From an uncultured delta proteobacterium (GTDB lineage: Bacteria > Myxococcota_A > Polyangia > Polyangiales > Polyangiaceae): DNA of 64,000 bases. Positions 8,557 through 17,796 of the stretch are shown piece after piece. Made by a program: the position numbers and the translations under genes. Each line of letters begins with the position of its first letter. Position 1 is the first letter of the stretch. The stretch covers positions 1,888,001-1,952,000 of the forward strand of contig CAWDXG010000004.1 of the NCBI GenBank assembly GCA_963806225.1, in the 5' to 3' direction. Under the pieces are notes generated by a model. The model made no database searches, had not been told where the DNA came from, and saw nothing but the letters and a program-made list of their open reading frames with translations.

Positions 8557-10443
8557 TCACATCACCGGCGGTCGCAGCGACACACTCGAGCGCGGCGGCG
8601 GATACAGAAGCGTGAGGTGATACGTGCCCGAGTCGAGCTCGCTCTTCACTTCGAGACCGCTCCTGTGGAAGACGCCTAGCATCGAGGTGTTGGAGCAGAG
8701 CACGTCGGCGACGAAACCGGACAGGCCGCGCGCGCGGCCGATCTCGGCCATGCGCTGCATGAGCATCGTGCCGATACCCTTGCCCTGCAGATTGTCGCGC
8801 ACCACGAATGCGATGTCGCCGAGGTTCGTGGCGGGGTCCACGTCGTAGCGAGCCATCGCCCAGATGTCCTCCGGATCGTCGGCGGGGCAGACGAGCAGCG
8901 CCATGTTGTGCGCGTAGTCGAGATCGACCAGCTTCTGCATCTCTTCGTGCGGATGGCTCTTCTTGTAGTGCATGAAGCGCGAGTAGGTGCTCTCGTCGCT
9001 GAGCCGGTAGAACATATCCTGCAGCTTCTCTTCGTCGCTGATGCGCACCGGGCGCACCAACACCTTCTCGCCACTCTTGAGCTCGACCACGCGCTCCTCT
9101 TCCCAGGGGTACGCGGTGCGCGAGGCAACCTGATCCGGAAACACGTAGTGGCGCTCTTTCGCCGCGGAGAGCAACTCGCCGCGATAGTCCGGGTGCGCGA
9201 TGTCGATCAGCGCCGTCGTACGCTGGCGGATGCTCTTGCCCCACAGATCCGCGATGCCGTACTCCGTCACCACGTAGTGCACGTCACCGCGGCTGGTCAC
9301 CACCCCGGCGCCCGCCTCCAGCGCCGCGCAGATGCGGCTGAGCGAGCCGTCCTTGGCCGTCGAAGGCAGCGCAATGATCGGCTTGCCACCGTCGCTGCGC
9401 GCCGCGCCGCGGATGAAGTCGACCTGCCCGCCGATGCCGGAAAAGAAGCGCCCCATCAGCGTGTCGGAGGCGACCTGCCCGGTCAGGTCCACCGCCAGCG
9501 CCGAGTTGATGGCGACCATGTTGTCGTTGCGGGCAACCGTGAACGGGTCGTTCGTGAACTCGCTCGGACGCATCTCGACCACGGGGTTGTCGTGCACCCA
9601 GTCGTACAGGCGCTGGCTACCCATGATGAACGAAGTGACGATCTTGCCGGGAAGGAGCGTCTTCTTCTTGCCCGTGATCACGCCACCGTCCACCAGGTCG
9701 ATGACGCTGTCCGAGAGCATCTCGGTGTGCACGCCGAGGTCGACGCGATCGCCGAGCGCCTCGAGCACCGCGTGCGGGATACGCCCGATACCGGTCTGCA
9801 ACGTCGCACCGCTCGGCACCAGACTGGCCACCAGCCGGCCGATCTCGCGGCAGATGTCGTCCAGCGGCTCGATTGCGAGCTCCGGCAGCGGGGAGTCGAC
9901 CGGGACGAGGTGCGCGATGTCGCTCACGTGCACCATCGAGTCACCGAGCGTGCGCGGCATGCGCGGGTTGACCTCGGCAATGATGAGCTCCGCGCAATCG
10001 ACTGCAGCGCGCACGATGTCCACCGACGCGCCCAGGCTGACGAAGCCGTGGGCGTCGGGCGGGCTCACCTGGATCATCGCCACGTCGATGCGCACCCGCC
10101 GCGAACGGATCAGCGCCGGGATCTCGGACAGGAACACCGGCATGAAGTCCGCGCGCCCCTCCTGCACCGCCTTACGCACGTTCGGGCCGATGAAGAACGC
10201 CGTGTGACGGAAGCGCCGCTCCATGCCGCGCTCGACGTAGGGCGCCTTGCCCAGCGTGAGCAGGTGCGTGATCTCGTTGTCCGCCAGGTGCCCGCCGTAG
10301 GTGATGAGGCCGTCCACCAGCGACCCGGGCTCGGCCGCCCCGGAGCCGATGAAAATCCGGCGACCGCGTGGAATGGCCTTGATGGCCTGCTCGACACTGC
10401 TGACGCGGGAGGCGTAACGCTCCTGCCAGGTCTGCTCGCTCAT
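8557..10443 (-). CDS. Acetyl-CoA hydrolase/CoA-transferase fused to C-terminal GNAT acetyltransferase
   Basis: LQTGIG, LGVHTEM, SGIGGQVDF, YVVTEYG; C-terminal AFVVRDNLQGKGIG acetyl-CoA-binding motif. Confidence 0.9.
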   Translation of the reverse strand: MSEQTWQERYASRVSSVEQAIKAIPRGRRIFIGSGAAEPGSLVDGLITYGGHLADNEITHLLTLGKAPYVERGMERRFRHTAFFIGPNVRKAVQEGRADFMPVFLSEIPALIRSRRVRIDVAMIQVSPPDAHGFVSLGASVDIVRAAVDCAELIIAEVNPRMPRTLGDSMVHVSDIAHLVPVDSPLPELAIEPLDDICREIGRLVASLVPSGATLQTGIGRIPHAVLEALGDRVDLGVHTEMLSDSVIDLVDGGVITGKKKTLLPGKIVTSFIMGSQRLYDWVHDNPVVEMRPSEFTNDPFTVARNDNMVAINSALAVDLTGQVASDTLMGRFFSGIGGQVDFIRGAARSDGGKPIIALPSTAKDGSLSRICAALEAGAGVVTSRGDVHYVVTEYGIADLWGKSIRQRTTALIDIAHPDYRGELLSAAKERHYVFPDQVASRTAYPWEEERVVELKSGEKVLVRPVRISDEEKLQDMFYRLSDESTYSRFMHYKKSHPHEEMQKLVDLDYAHNMALLVCPADDPEDIWAMARYDVDPATNLGDIAFVVRDNLQGKGIGTMLMQRMAEIGRARGLSGFVADVLCSNTSMLGVFHRSGLEVKSELDSGTYHLTLLYPPPRSSVSLRPPVM

Positions 10444-10961
10444 GATTGTCCTCTGCGTTTCGTCTCGATGAGTTCCAGCAGCCGCGCGAGGGCTTCGCGA
10501 TCGTCGCGGCCGGTGGAGGTCACGTCAGGGTGCTCCGGCACTTCGTACTCAACGTCCGCGCCCGGCACACCCCTCAACTTTCCCTGTCGCACCGCCGCGT
10601 ACAGCCCCTTGGCGTCGCGGCGCTCGGCTTCCGTCGCGGACACGTCAACGTACACCTCCAGGAAGGCTCGCGCTACGTCACGCGCTCGGTCGCGGAAATG
10701 GCGGAGGTGCGCCGTGGCCGGCACCAGCACCACGAAGCCCTGTCCAGCCAGTAGCGCCGCGAGGTTCGCGAGCGTGGCGTAGAAGGCGTCGCGCGCCGCA
10801 GCGTCGTAGCCGGGCTCCGGCCGGAGCAGAGCGCGCACCGCGTCGCTGTCGAGCATGAGCGTGGGCGTGTGGCGCTGCTCGAGCACTTCGCGGACGGCAG
10901 CGGCCAGCGTCGACTTCCCCGACGAGGGGCGCCCCGTGAACCACACAACGACTCCGGTCAC
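10440..10961 (-). CDS. cysC: Adenylyl-sulfate kinase-like P-loop kinase
   Basis: VVWFTGRPSSGKSTLA, LDSDAVR, RDAKGLY, PGADVEYEVP; GTGA/ATGA overlaps with both neighbours. Confidence 0.8.
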   Translation of the reverse strand: MTGVVVWFTGRPSSGKSTLAAAVREVLEQRHTPTLMLDSDAVRALLRPEPGYDAAARDAFYATLANLAALLAGQGFVVLVPATAHLRHFRDRARDVARAFLEVYVDVSATEAERRDAKGLYAAVRQGKLRGVPGADVEYEVPEHPDVTSTGRDDREALARLLELIETKRRGQS

Positions 10962-12064
10962 GCGAACACGACCTCCGCGAAGTCCGGGTCGAAGCGCTCC
11001 GACTCGAGCGTGTACTCGATGAGGCGAAGTACCCGGTCGCGTGCGTCCGCTTGGACAGCCGGATACCAGACAGGATTTGCCACCACCAGACCGCGCCACG
11101 CCAAGAACGGCGCCGCGACATCCAGCAACTCCTGATCGCCGCTCTCCTCGAGGTACACGCTCCAGAAGCGATGCCACAACGAGCCGAGGGCGCCCTTCCA
11201 GGCCCCCGGCGCCTCCACGGCGAAGAAGACGTAGTTTACCGCCATGCAGGTCACATCGTCCGCCGGATCGCCCCGGCAGCCGCGGGCCGCGTCGAGCAGG
11301 CTCAGCTTCGATGCGTCGTCGAAGAGCACGTTGAACGGGTGGAAGTCGCCGTGTGTGCGTGAAAGACGCCGGTCGCGGCTGCGGAGCCTATGGCGCCACT
11401 CGAGGCAGCGCCGTTCGATCGCCTCGAGCCGTTCGCGCGGTGCGGCGGGGACGTCGTCGGGGTAGCCGTCAACGATGCCGGCCACGCCCTCGCCACTTCC
11501 GACGAGATCACGCAGCGCGCGAACATATCGGTGATCGTCCTCGCGCTTTTCCGAATGCAGCTCGACGAGGTAGCGCGAGAGCTGCTCGGCGTGGTCCATG
11601 TCCGTAGGCTCGAGGCTGCCGCTGTGCGCGATCCGCCTGAGCTCGTCGGCGTACACGTGCCCTTCAGCGAAGCTGGTCAGCAGGTAGAATTCGCCGGTTC
11701 CAGTCAGCGAGACCAGCCCTTCGCCGTCCTTCTTGATCGCGCCGACATCGAGCGCCTCGACGTGCCGCGGGATCTGCCCGAACGTGTCGTAGCCGAGCAG
11801 CATCTCCGCGGCGCGATCGGCGCGGCGGTCATGGCCGAACACGTCCGGGCTCGCTGTGTGGAACACGAGCCGTCGCTCGCGGCCCCCGGCATCGCGCACG
11901 CGGAGCTTCAGCGGCGCGCCGTAGCCCGCCGCCTTCACGGTCGCTTCGTCCTCGCCCTCGTCAGTGGCAAAGGGCTCCACCTCGAGCAGCGTCGCCCCCG
12001 GCAACACCCGGGCCACGACGCCGGCCAGCGCCGGGGCAATGTTGGCAGCGAATTTCCTGGGCAA
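10958..12064 (-). CDS. Aminoglycoside phosphotransferase/choline kinase-like (APH) kinase
   Basis: HGDFHPFN catalytic loop, LLD, GDPADD; TTG start with SD AAAGGAG. Confidence 0.8.
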   Translation of the reverse strand: MPRKFAANIAPALAGVVARVLPGATLLEVEPFATDEGEDEATVKAAGYGAPLKLRVRDAGGRERRLVFHTASPDVFGHDRRADRAAEMLLGYDTFGQIPRHVEALDVGAIKKDGEGLVSLTGTGEFYLLTSFAEGHVYADELRRIAHSGSLEPTDMDHAEQLSRYLVELHSEKREDDHRYVRALRDLVGSGEGVAGIVDGYPDDVPAAPRERLEAIERRCLEWRHRLRSRDRRLSRTHGDFHPFNVLFDDASKLSLLDAARGCRGDPADDVTCMAVNYVFFAVEAPGAWKGALGSLWHRFWSVYLEESGDQELLDVAAPFLAWRGLVVANPVWYPAVQADARDRVLRLIEYTLESERFDPDFAEVVFA

Positions 12065-12086
12065 GGCAGCTCCTTTCCGTGCGGCG

Positions 12087-12102
12087 TGCACGCTCCACGC
12101 CA
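12087..12102 (-). promoter_or_regulatory. Putative sigma54 -24/-12 promoter for the APH operon
   Basis: TGGCGTGGAGCGTGCA (GG-N10-GC) just upstream of SD and start. Confidence 0.55.
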
Positions 12103-12141
12103 AGATAGGGATGGGTTTGCCGGGCGCCCCCCGGCAGCGAG

Positions 12142-12157
12142 CGGCACCCGTCTTGCA
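12142..12157 (+). promoter_or_regulatory. Putative sigma54 -24/-12 promoter for the CBS gene
   Basis: CGGCACCCGTCTTGCA matches GGCAC-N5-TTGCA, 13 nt before ATG. Confidence 0.7.
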
Positions 12158-12170
12158 CGCTGATTTCCGC

Positions 12171-12575
12171 ATGACCACGCGCGTCACCATCGACGACTAC
12201 ATGTCCAGAAGCCCCCACTCGATAGGCCAGGAGCAGTCGCTCGTCGTGGCCCACGAGTTGATGCGCAAACACGCTGTCCGGCACCTGCCGGTGCTGCACG
12301 GCGGCCAGCTCGTCGGCTTGCTGTCGCTCAGGGACCTTCATCTGGTCGAGACCCTGCCGGATGTCGATCCAGCCAAGGTGACGGTGGAAGAAGCCATGAG
12401 TGGGGATCCTTTCGCCGTCCCGCCCGGAAGCGGTCTCGCCGAGGTCGCCGAGCAGATGGCCGAGCACAAGTACGGCTCGGCTGTGGTGATGGAAGGCACG
12501 AGGATCATAGGGGTCTTCACCACGGTGGACGGCATGCGCGCGCTGGCGCATCTGCTGCGGTCGCCCCCGCCGTGA
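12171..12575 (+). CDS. CBS-domain pair protein
   Basis: YMSRSP, VRHLPVL, LVGLLSLRDL, VEEAM, IGVFTTVD. Confidence 0.9.
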   Translation: MTTRVTIDDYMSRSPHSIGQEQSLVVAHELMRKHAVRHLPVLHGGQLVGLLSLRDLHLVETLPDVDPAKVTVEEAMSGDPFAVPPGSGLAEVAEQMAEHKYGSAVVMEGTRIIGVFTTVDGMRALAHLLRSPPP

Positions 12576-12580
12576 TCTTC

Positions 12581-12604
12581 CTCGAGGGGCTCACGCCCCT
12601 CGAG
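12581..12604 (+). terminator. Hairpin downstream of CBS gene (possible terminator or RNA stabiliser)
   Basis: CTCGAGGGGC-TCAC-GCCCCTCGAG perfect 10-bp stem; no U-tract. Confidence 0.5.
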
Positions 12605-12888
12605 CACCCCGACGCGATTCGTCCTGCTCATCGTGTCGCTCGCCGACCGCTGCGGGCTTTCGCGCACGAACTGCGCATTGGGCGGATGCTACGCGCAGGA
12701 ACGGCTACCCCTGCGGACCCTGGAGATCCTGACATCCTACTGACAAAGTCGCCTCGTCAGAACGCTTTCCATGGCTCCGAACGTCGACCCGGACTGCAAG
12801 CTGCGGCTGCCCGCGACGTTTTCCTGGATGCGGCGGTCACAATCCGCGGGCTCGGAGCCACATGGGATCGGACGGGAAGGAGCAGTCG

Positions 12889-13479
12889 ATGGATGCGGGC
12901 GGCGCCAGACAACTGGACGGACAGGAGTCGGAGGGAGCCGTCGCCTTGAGCCCGGAGGACGCCGAGATCGCGGCGGCCATCGGGCGCGGCGACCACCGTG
13001 GAGCGCTCGCGCTGTGCGCGCGGCATCACGCTGCGGCCGTCGGCCGGCTTTGCATGGCAATGGTCGGCTCGCAGGCGGAGGCTGAAGATCTCGCACAGGA
13101 GACACTGCTGGCCGCCCACGACGGCTTCGAAGGTTGGCGCGCCGACGGCTCGGTGCGGGCGTGGCTTTCGGCCATCGCGCGCCGCAAGTGCGCGCGGCAC
13201 CTGGAGCGCAGCCGCCGCCAGCAGAACCGGCTCAGGCTGGTGCACGACGCGGCGCGCGCGGGCACCGAGGATCATGTGCTGCTCAAGCAGCGCGCCGAAC
13301 GCGCCCGCGCCGCGCTGTCGCACATCCGTCCGAGCGAACGCGAGGCGCTGCTGCTCAGGTACGTCGCGGAGCTGAGCTTCCGCGAGCTGGCCAGCGCCTG
13401 CGGCATCGAGGAAGCGGCAGCGCGCAAGCGCGTGTCGCGTGCGATCGCGCGGCTGCGCGAGATCGCGGTGAAGGAGTAG
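12889..13479 (+). CDS. ECF RNA polymerase sigma factor
   Basis: AEDLAQET, WLSAIARR region 2; region 4 REALLLRY...SFRELA...RKRVSRA; SD AAGGAG before ATG 12889. Confidence 0.9.
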   Translation: MDAGGARQLDGQESEGAVALSPEDAEIAAAIGRGDHRGALALCARHHAAAVGRLCMAMVGSQAEAEDLAQETLLAAHDGFEGWRADGSVRAWLSAIARRKCARHLERSRRQQNRLRLVHDAARAGTEDHVLLKQRAERARAALSHIRPSEREALLLRYVAELSFRELASACGIEEAAARKRVSRAIARLREIAVKE

Positions 13480-13483
13480 AGCG

Positions 13484-16400
13484 ATGACCGACGAACTGAA
13501 GGTCGAGTGCACGGAGATCGAGGAACGCATGGCGGAGGTGCTGGACGGCAGCGCGCCCGAGGCGCTGTACGACCACATCGCCGATTGCGACGCCTGCCGC
13601 GACGCGCGCCACGAGGCCGAGCTCGGCGGAGCGCTCGCCAGCGACGCCGGCGCCGACTACCAGCCGCCAGAAGACATGGAGAGCCGGGCGCTCGCCGCGC
13701 TGGACGCGCGCGGCGGCGCGGAGCCCCGCGCGACCGGGACCGCGACCGGGTCCGGATCCGGGACCGCGACCGGGTCCGGGACCGCAACCGGGTCCGGGAC
13801 CGCGACCGGGTCCGGGACCGGGACCGAATCCGGACCCGCGACCGCGGACGCCCACGCGACACTCCCCTCCGTGGAGGAGCCCGAGCCCTCCACCGGCACG
13901 GCCGCCGCAAAGAGCGCCGACAAGCCGGCGAAGACCGAGCCGATGCCGGCGACCGCCAGCGCGCAGAAAGCCGGATATCAGCCGCGGACGAAGGCCCTGA
14001 TCGCCGGGGGCGCCACCGTGCTGGCCCTCGCCGCCGGCATCGCGCTGCTCGTCGGCAGGGGCCACAAGGGCTGGAGCACGAGCGGCCAGGCCTGGCGCGG
14101 CAGCGTCGAGCACGTCGCCCGCGCCGCGCAGGGCAAGGGCGGGCTCGAGCTCTGCGATCCCGACGGCAGGTCGTGCGCGCCGGTCGCGGGAGGCGGCGCG
14201 GTGCCGGCAGGCTCGCTGCTCAGGACGGATGCGCACACGCGCGCATACGTGAAGCTCGCCGACGGCACACAGATCGCATTGGATCGTTCGACGCGGCTCG
14301 CCCTGGTCGGCGGCGCCGGGCGCAGCGCCCGCCTCGAGCAAGGCGCGATCGTCGCCGACGTGGCGCACATCGAGGGACAGACCGCGAGCTTCGCGGTGCC
14401 GCACGGCAGCGTGCGCGTGCTCGGCACCAAGTTCTCGCTGCGCGCCGACAACCGTTCGTCGTCGGTGGACGTGAGCCGCGGAACCGTCGAGCTCTCCGAC
14501 AGCGACGGCCACACGGTCAGCGTGCGCGCCGGTGAGCAAGGGCGGCTGTTCGAGAAGCTGCCGCCGTACGTGAGCGCCGCGCCGGGGATGGCCGAGGCGC
14601 TGGCATGGAGCGAGTCGGCGACGGCCGAGCCCGATCCGGAACAGGTCGAGGTCCGGGGCCTGGGCGAGCTCAGCGCTCGCAAGCCCGGCAGCGACAAGGA
14701 CCTGGATCACGCCGTCTCGCTCAGCTCGCACTCGGTGAAGGTGCGCATCGCAGGCAGCGTGGCGCGCACCGAGGTCGACGAGACCTTCACCAACAACACG
14801 AACAAGGTGCTGGAAGGCGTCTACCGCTTCCCGCTGCCGCCCGACGCGAAGATCGAACGGCTGGCACTGGAAGTGAACGGCAAGCTGGAGGAAGGCGCCT
14901 TCGTCGATCGCGATCGCGCCGCCGCCATCTGGCGCGGTGCGATCGTCAACGCAGCTCCGCAGATGCGCCAGCGCATCCACGACGAGATCGTATGGGTGCC
15001 CGGCCCCTGGCACGACCCGGCGCTGCTCGAGTGGCAGCGCGGCGGTCGCTTCGAGCTCAAGATCTATCCGATCCCGAAGAAGGGCTCGCGGCGCGTGGTG
15101 CTGGCCTACACGCAGGTGGTCAAGCCCACCGGCGGCGTCCGGCGCTACACCTATCCGCTCGCCTACGATCCCGGCGGCTCCACCCGCATCGGCCACTTCA
15201 AGCTCGACGTGGAGCTGCGCGGCAACGACGCGGGCTTCGGCGTGAGGGCGCGCGGCTACGAGCTTTCGCACTCGTCCCAGGGCGGCGTCGATCACCTGAC
15301 CATGAGCGCCGACAACTTCGTGCCGAGCGGCGATCTCGGCATCGAGTACGCGCTGCCCGACCGCGACAAGGAGCTCAGCGCCTGGGCGTACCAGCCGTCC
15401 GCATCCGACAAGGCAGCGAAGAAGGTCGACGCGAAGGACGACGACAGCGAAGCCGACGACGCCTCGCCCTACGTCGCCATCGCATTGCGCCCGCGCCTGC
15501 CGCGCGCGGCCTCCGGCGACCAGCCCCGCGTGCTGGCGTTCGTGGTGGACAGCAGCCGCTCGATGTTCGGCGAGCGCTACCGCCGCGCGACGGCGCTGAC
15601 CGCCCGCGTGGTGCGCGAGCTCGATCCGCGCGACCGCTTCACGGTGCTGGCCTGCGACACGACGTGCCGCGTGATGCCGGGTGGGCTGCGCGAGCCGAGC
15701 GCCCAGAGCGCGGGTGAAGCGCGGCGCTTCCTCGAGAGCGTCACGCCCGAGGGCGGCTCGGATCCGACGGCGGCAGTGAAGAGCGCGCGAAAGGCCACGA
15801 ACGACGCCAACGCCCGCGAGCTCAAGGTCGTGTACATCGGCGACGGCACGCCCACCGTGGGCGCCATCCGGCCGGCGTACATCACCGGCGAGGTAGAGGA
15901 CGCGCTGCCCGCGGGGCGAGGCAGCGTGACAGCCGTCGCCATCGGCGCCGACGCGGACAGCGACTCGCTCCAGGCGATGGCGCGGGCGGGCGGCGGCGTG
16001 GTGGTGCCGTACGCGCCCGGCCAGAGCACGGCCGAAGCCGCCTACGCGGTGCTCGGCGCGACCTACGGCGCCACACTCAGCGACGTGAAGGTGAAGCTCC
16101 CCGACGGGCTGGTGGCGGTCGCGCCGCGGAAGCTCGACACCATTCCGGCCGGCGGCGAGTCGTTCGTGGTAGCACGCATGACCAAGCCCCAGCTCAGCGG
16201 CAGCATCGAACTGACGGGCAAGGTCGGCAAGCAGCCGTTCGAGCAGCGCTACCCGCTGCACGTCTCGGCCAGCCGCGCCAAGGGCAACGCCTTCGTGCCG
16301 CGGCTCTACGCAGCGCTGCGCATCGGTGATCTGGAGCGCGCGAGCACGCCTTCGGCGAAGAAGGAAGCCATCCATCTGTCGAGCGAGTTCAACGTAGCCA

Positions 16401-17782
16401 GCCGCTACACCTCGCTTCTGGTGCTGGAGAGCAAGGCGATGTTCCGCGCATTCGGGCTGGACCAGAACCGCTCCACGGTCGAGTGGACCGGCGAAGACGA
16501 GGCCGAAGGGACGGCGTCGAGCGGCGAGATCGCCGACGACGGCGACGACGAGGCCAAGGACGACCTGATCGGTGGAGCTGCGGGGTTCAAGAAGAAGGGC
16601 GCGGGCAGCTTCGCCATGGGAGGCGCCGGCCTGGGACGTGCGGCCCCGTCGCATCACTCCGCACCGAAAGCCCGTCCGGCTGCCAAGCCCATGCCGACCA
16701 ATCCATTCGACAGCGCTTCGGGCAACACGACCGCTGCTCCGCCCGCAGTCGCCTCCGGCCCGCAGTCGGAGGCATTCGAGCCGACTCCGCGGCCGCGGGA
16801 CTGGGAGCGCCCGCGCCGCTGGATCCCCATGCGCCGCGTGTGGCAGCGCCACGGAAGCGTCACCACCGAGCGCATCACACCCAAGGCCGCGAGCATGACG
16901 GCCATCGCCGACGCCGAACGCGCCTTCGACAACAACAAGAACAGCCGCAACGCGGTCAAGAAGCTGTACACGCTCTACGAGCTGGCCGGGCAGGTCGATC
17001 GCGCTGGCAGCCTCGCCGAGCGCTGGTCGAAGAAGGATCCGCTCGATCCGGGGGCACTGACGGCGCGCGCTGACATGGCCGCCGAGCGCGGCGACCGCGC
17101 GCAGGCGATCCGCATCCTGGGCAGCGTGGTCGACATTCGTCCCGGCGACGTCGCCTCGCAGAAGCGTCTGGCGCGGCTCGAGCGCTGGGCGGGACATCCG
17201 GAGCTCGGTTGCCGCTTCTCGCTCGCTATCGCGCAGATCCACGACAAGAGCGCCAAGCTGCTGGCCGAGGCGGTGCGCTGCGGCCGCTCCGCGGGCGACA
17301 GCCGTATCGCCGACGCCATGCTCGCGGCCGCCGACGACGCGACGCAGAAATCCGCCCAGGCCCTGCTCGACAAGCCCGCACCCGACCTCGACAGGCTCCG
17401 CGGCGATCTGAAGCTGGAAGCGAGCTGGAGCGGCGATAGCGCCGATCTGGATCTCGCCCTGCTCCACCCGGACGGCGATCGCGTCTCCTGGCTCGGCGCG
17501 CCCACGCACTCCGTCATCACGGCGCGCGACGTGACCAGCACGCACGGCGAGGGGCTCGCCCTGCGCGGCGCCAAGCCCGGCGAGTACGTCATCGAGCTGA
17601 CGCGCGTGTCGGGCCGCGGTCCCGTGCACGGCCAGGTGGTGGTCACCGTCGCCGGTACGACGCGCACCCTGCCCTTCGTGCTCGACGGCGAGCGCAAATC
17701 CCTCGGCCTGGTCCGCATCGCCATGCGCTCGAAGCTCGTTCCACTGGGCAGCGGCTGGCGCGGACGCCGGCCGGCGTTCTAG
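13484..17782 (+). CDS. Large anti-sigma-like membrane protein: zf-HC2 + TM + FecR + VIT + vWA + helical repeats + YfaP/DUF2135-like C-terminus
   Basis: HIADCDAC ZAS motif; TM LIAGGATVLALAAGIALLV; FecR-like VRVLGTKF; VIT ARTEVDETF...YRFPLP; MIDAS DSSRS; SRYTSLLVLE; WSGDSADLDL. Confidence 0.8.
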   Translation: MTDELKVECTEIEERMAEVLDGSAPEALYDHIADCDACRDARHEAELGGALASDAGADYQPPEDMESRALAALDARGGAEPRATGTATGSGSGTATGSGTATGSGTATGSGTGTESGPATADAHATLPSVEEPEPSTGTAAAKSADKPAKTEPMPATASAQKAGYQPRTKALIAGGATVLALAAGIALLVGRGHKGWSTSGQAWRGSVEHVARAAQGKGGLELCDPDGRSCAPVAGGGAVPAGSLLRTDAHTRAYVKLADGTQIALDRSTRLALVGGAGRSARLEQGAIVADVAHIEGQTASFAVPHGSVRVLGTKFSLRADNRSSSVDVSRGTVELSDSDGHTVSVRAGEQGRLFEKLPPYVSAAPGMAEALAWSESATAEPDPEQVEVRGLGELSARKPGSDKDLDHAVSLSSHSVKVRIAGSVARTEVDETFTNNTNKVLEGVYRFPLPPDAKIERLALEVNGKLEEGAFVDRDRAAAIWRGAIVNAAPQMRQRIHDEIVWVPGPWHDPALLEWQRGGRFELKIYPIPKKGSRRVVLAYTQVVKPTGGVRRYTYPLAYDPGGSTRIGHFKLDVELRGNDAGFGVRARGYELSHSSQGGVDHLTMSADNFVPSGDLGIEYALPDRDKELSAWAYQPSASDKAAKKVDAKDDDSEADDASPYVAIALRPRLPRAASGDQPRVLAFVVDSSRSMFGERYRRATALTARVVRELDPRDRFTVLACDTTCRVMPGGLREPSAQSAGEARRFLESVTPEGGSDPTAAVKSARKATNDANARELKVVYIGDGTPTVGAIRPAYITGEVEDALPAGRGSVTAVAIGADADSDSLQAMARAGGGVVVPYAPGQSTAEAAYAVLGATYGATLSDVKVKLPDGLVAVAPRKLDTIPAGGESFVVARMTKPQLSGSIELTGKVGKQPFEQRYPLHVSASRAKGNAFVPRLYAALRIGDLERASTPSAKKEAIHLSSEFNVASRYTSLLVLESKAMFRAFGLDQNRSTVEWTGEDEAEGTASSGEIADDGDDEAKDDLIGGAAGFKKKGAGSFAMGGAGLGRAAPSHHSAPKARPAAKPMPTNPFDSASGNTTAAPPAVASGPQSEAFEPTPRPRDWERPRRWIPMRRVWQRHGSVTTERITPKAASMTAIADAERAFDNNKNSRNAVKKLYTLYELAGQVDRAGSLAERWSKKDPLDPGALTARADMAAERGDRAQAIRILGSVVDIRPGDVASQKRLARLERWAGHPELGCRFSLAIAQIHDKSAKLLAEAVRCGRSAGDSRIADAMLAAADDATQKSAQALLDKPAPDLDRLRGDLKLEASWSGDSADLDLALLHPDGDRVSWLGAPTHSVITARDVTSTHGEGLALRGAKPGEYVIELTRVSGRGPVHGQVVVTVAGTTRTLPFVLDGERKSLGLVRIAMRSKLVPLGSGWRGRRPAF
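13730..13825 (+). repeat. 6/18-bp degenerate tandem repeat encoding GTATGS linker
   Basis: Repeated GGGACC/GCGACC/GGGTCC hexamers. Confidence 0.85.
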
Positions 17783-17796
17783 TGCCCGGCTGCTGC

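Noticed and set aside
8555..8581. TGTCACA-N16-CGAC resembling an ECF41-type promoter
   Set aside because: Points antisense into the 3' end of a gene with no downstream sense ORF; likely chance
10440..10961. Sulfate assimilation/PAPS pathway linking the cysC-like gene with the ASST gene
   Set aside because: No cysDN/sat/cysH nearby, ASST enzymes are PAPS-independent, and the genes are 9 kb apart
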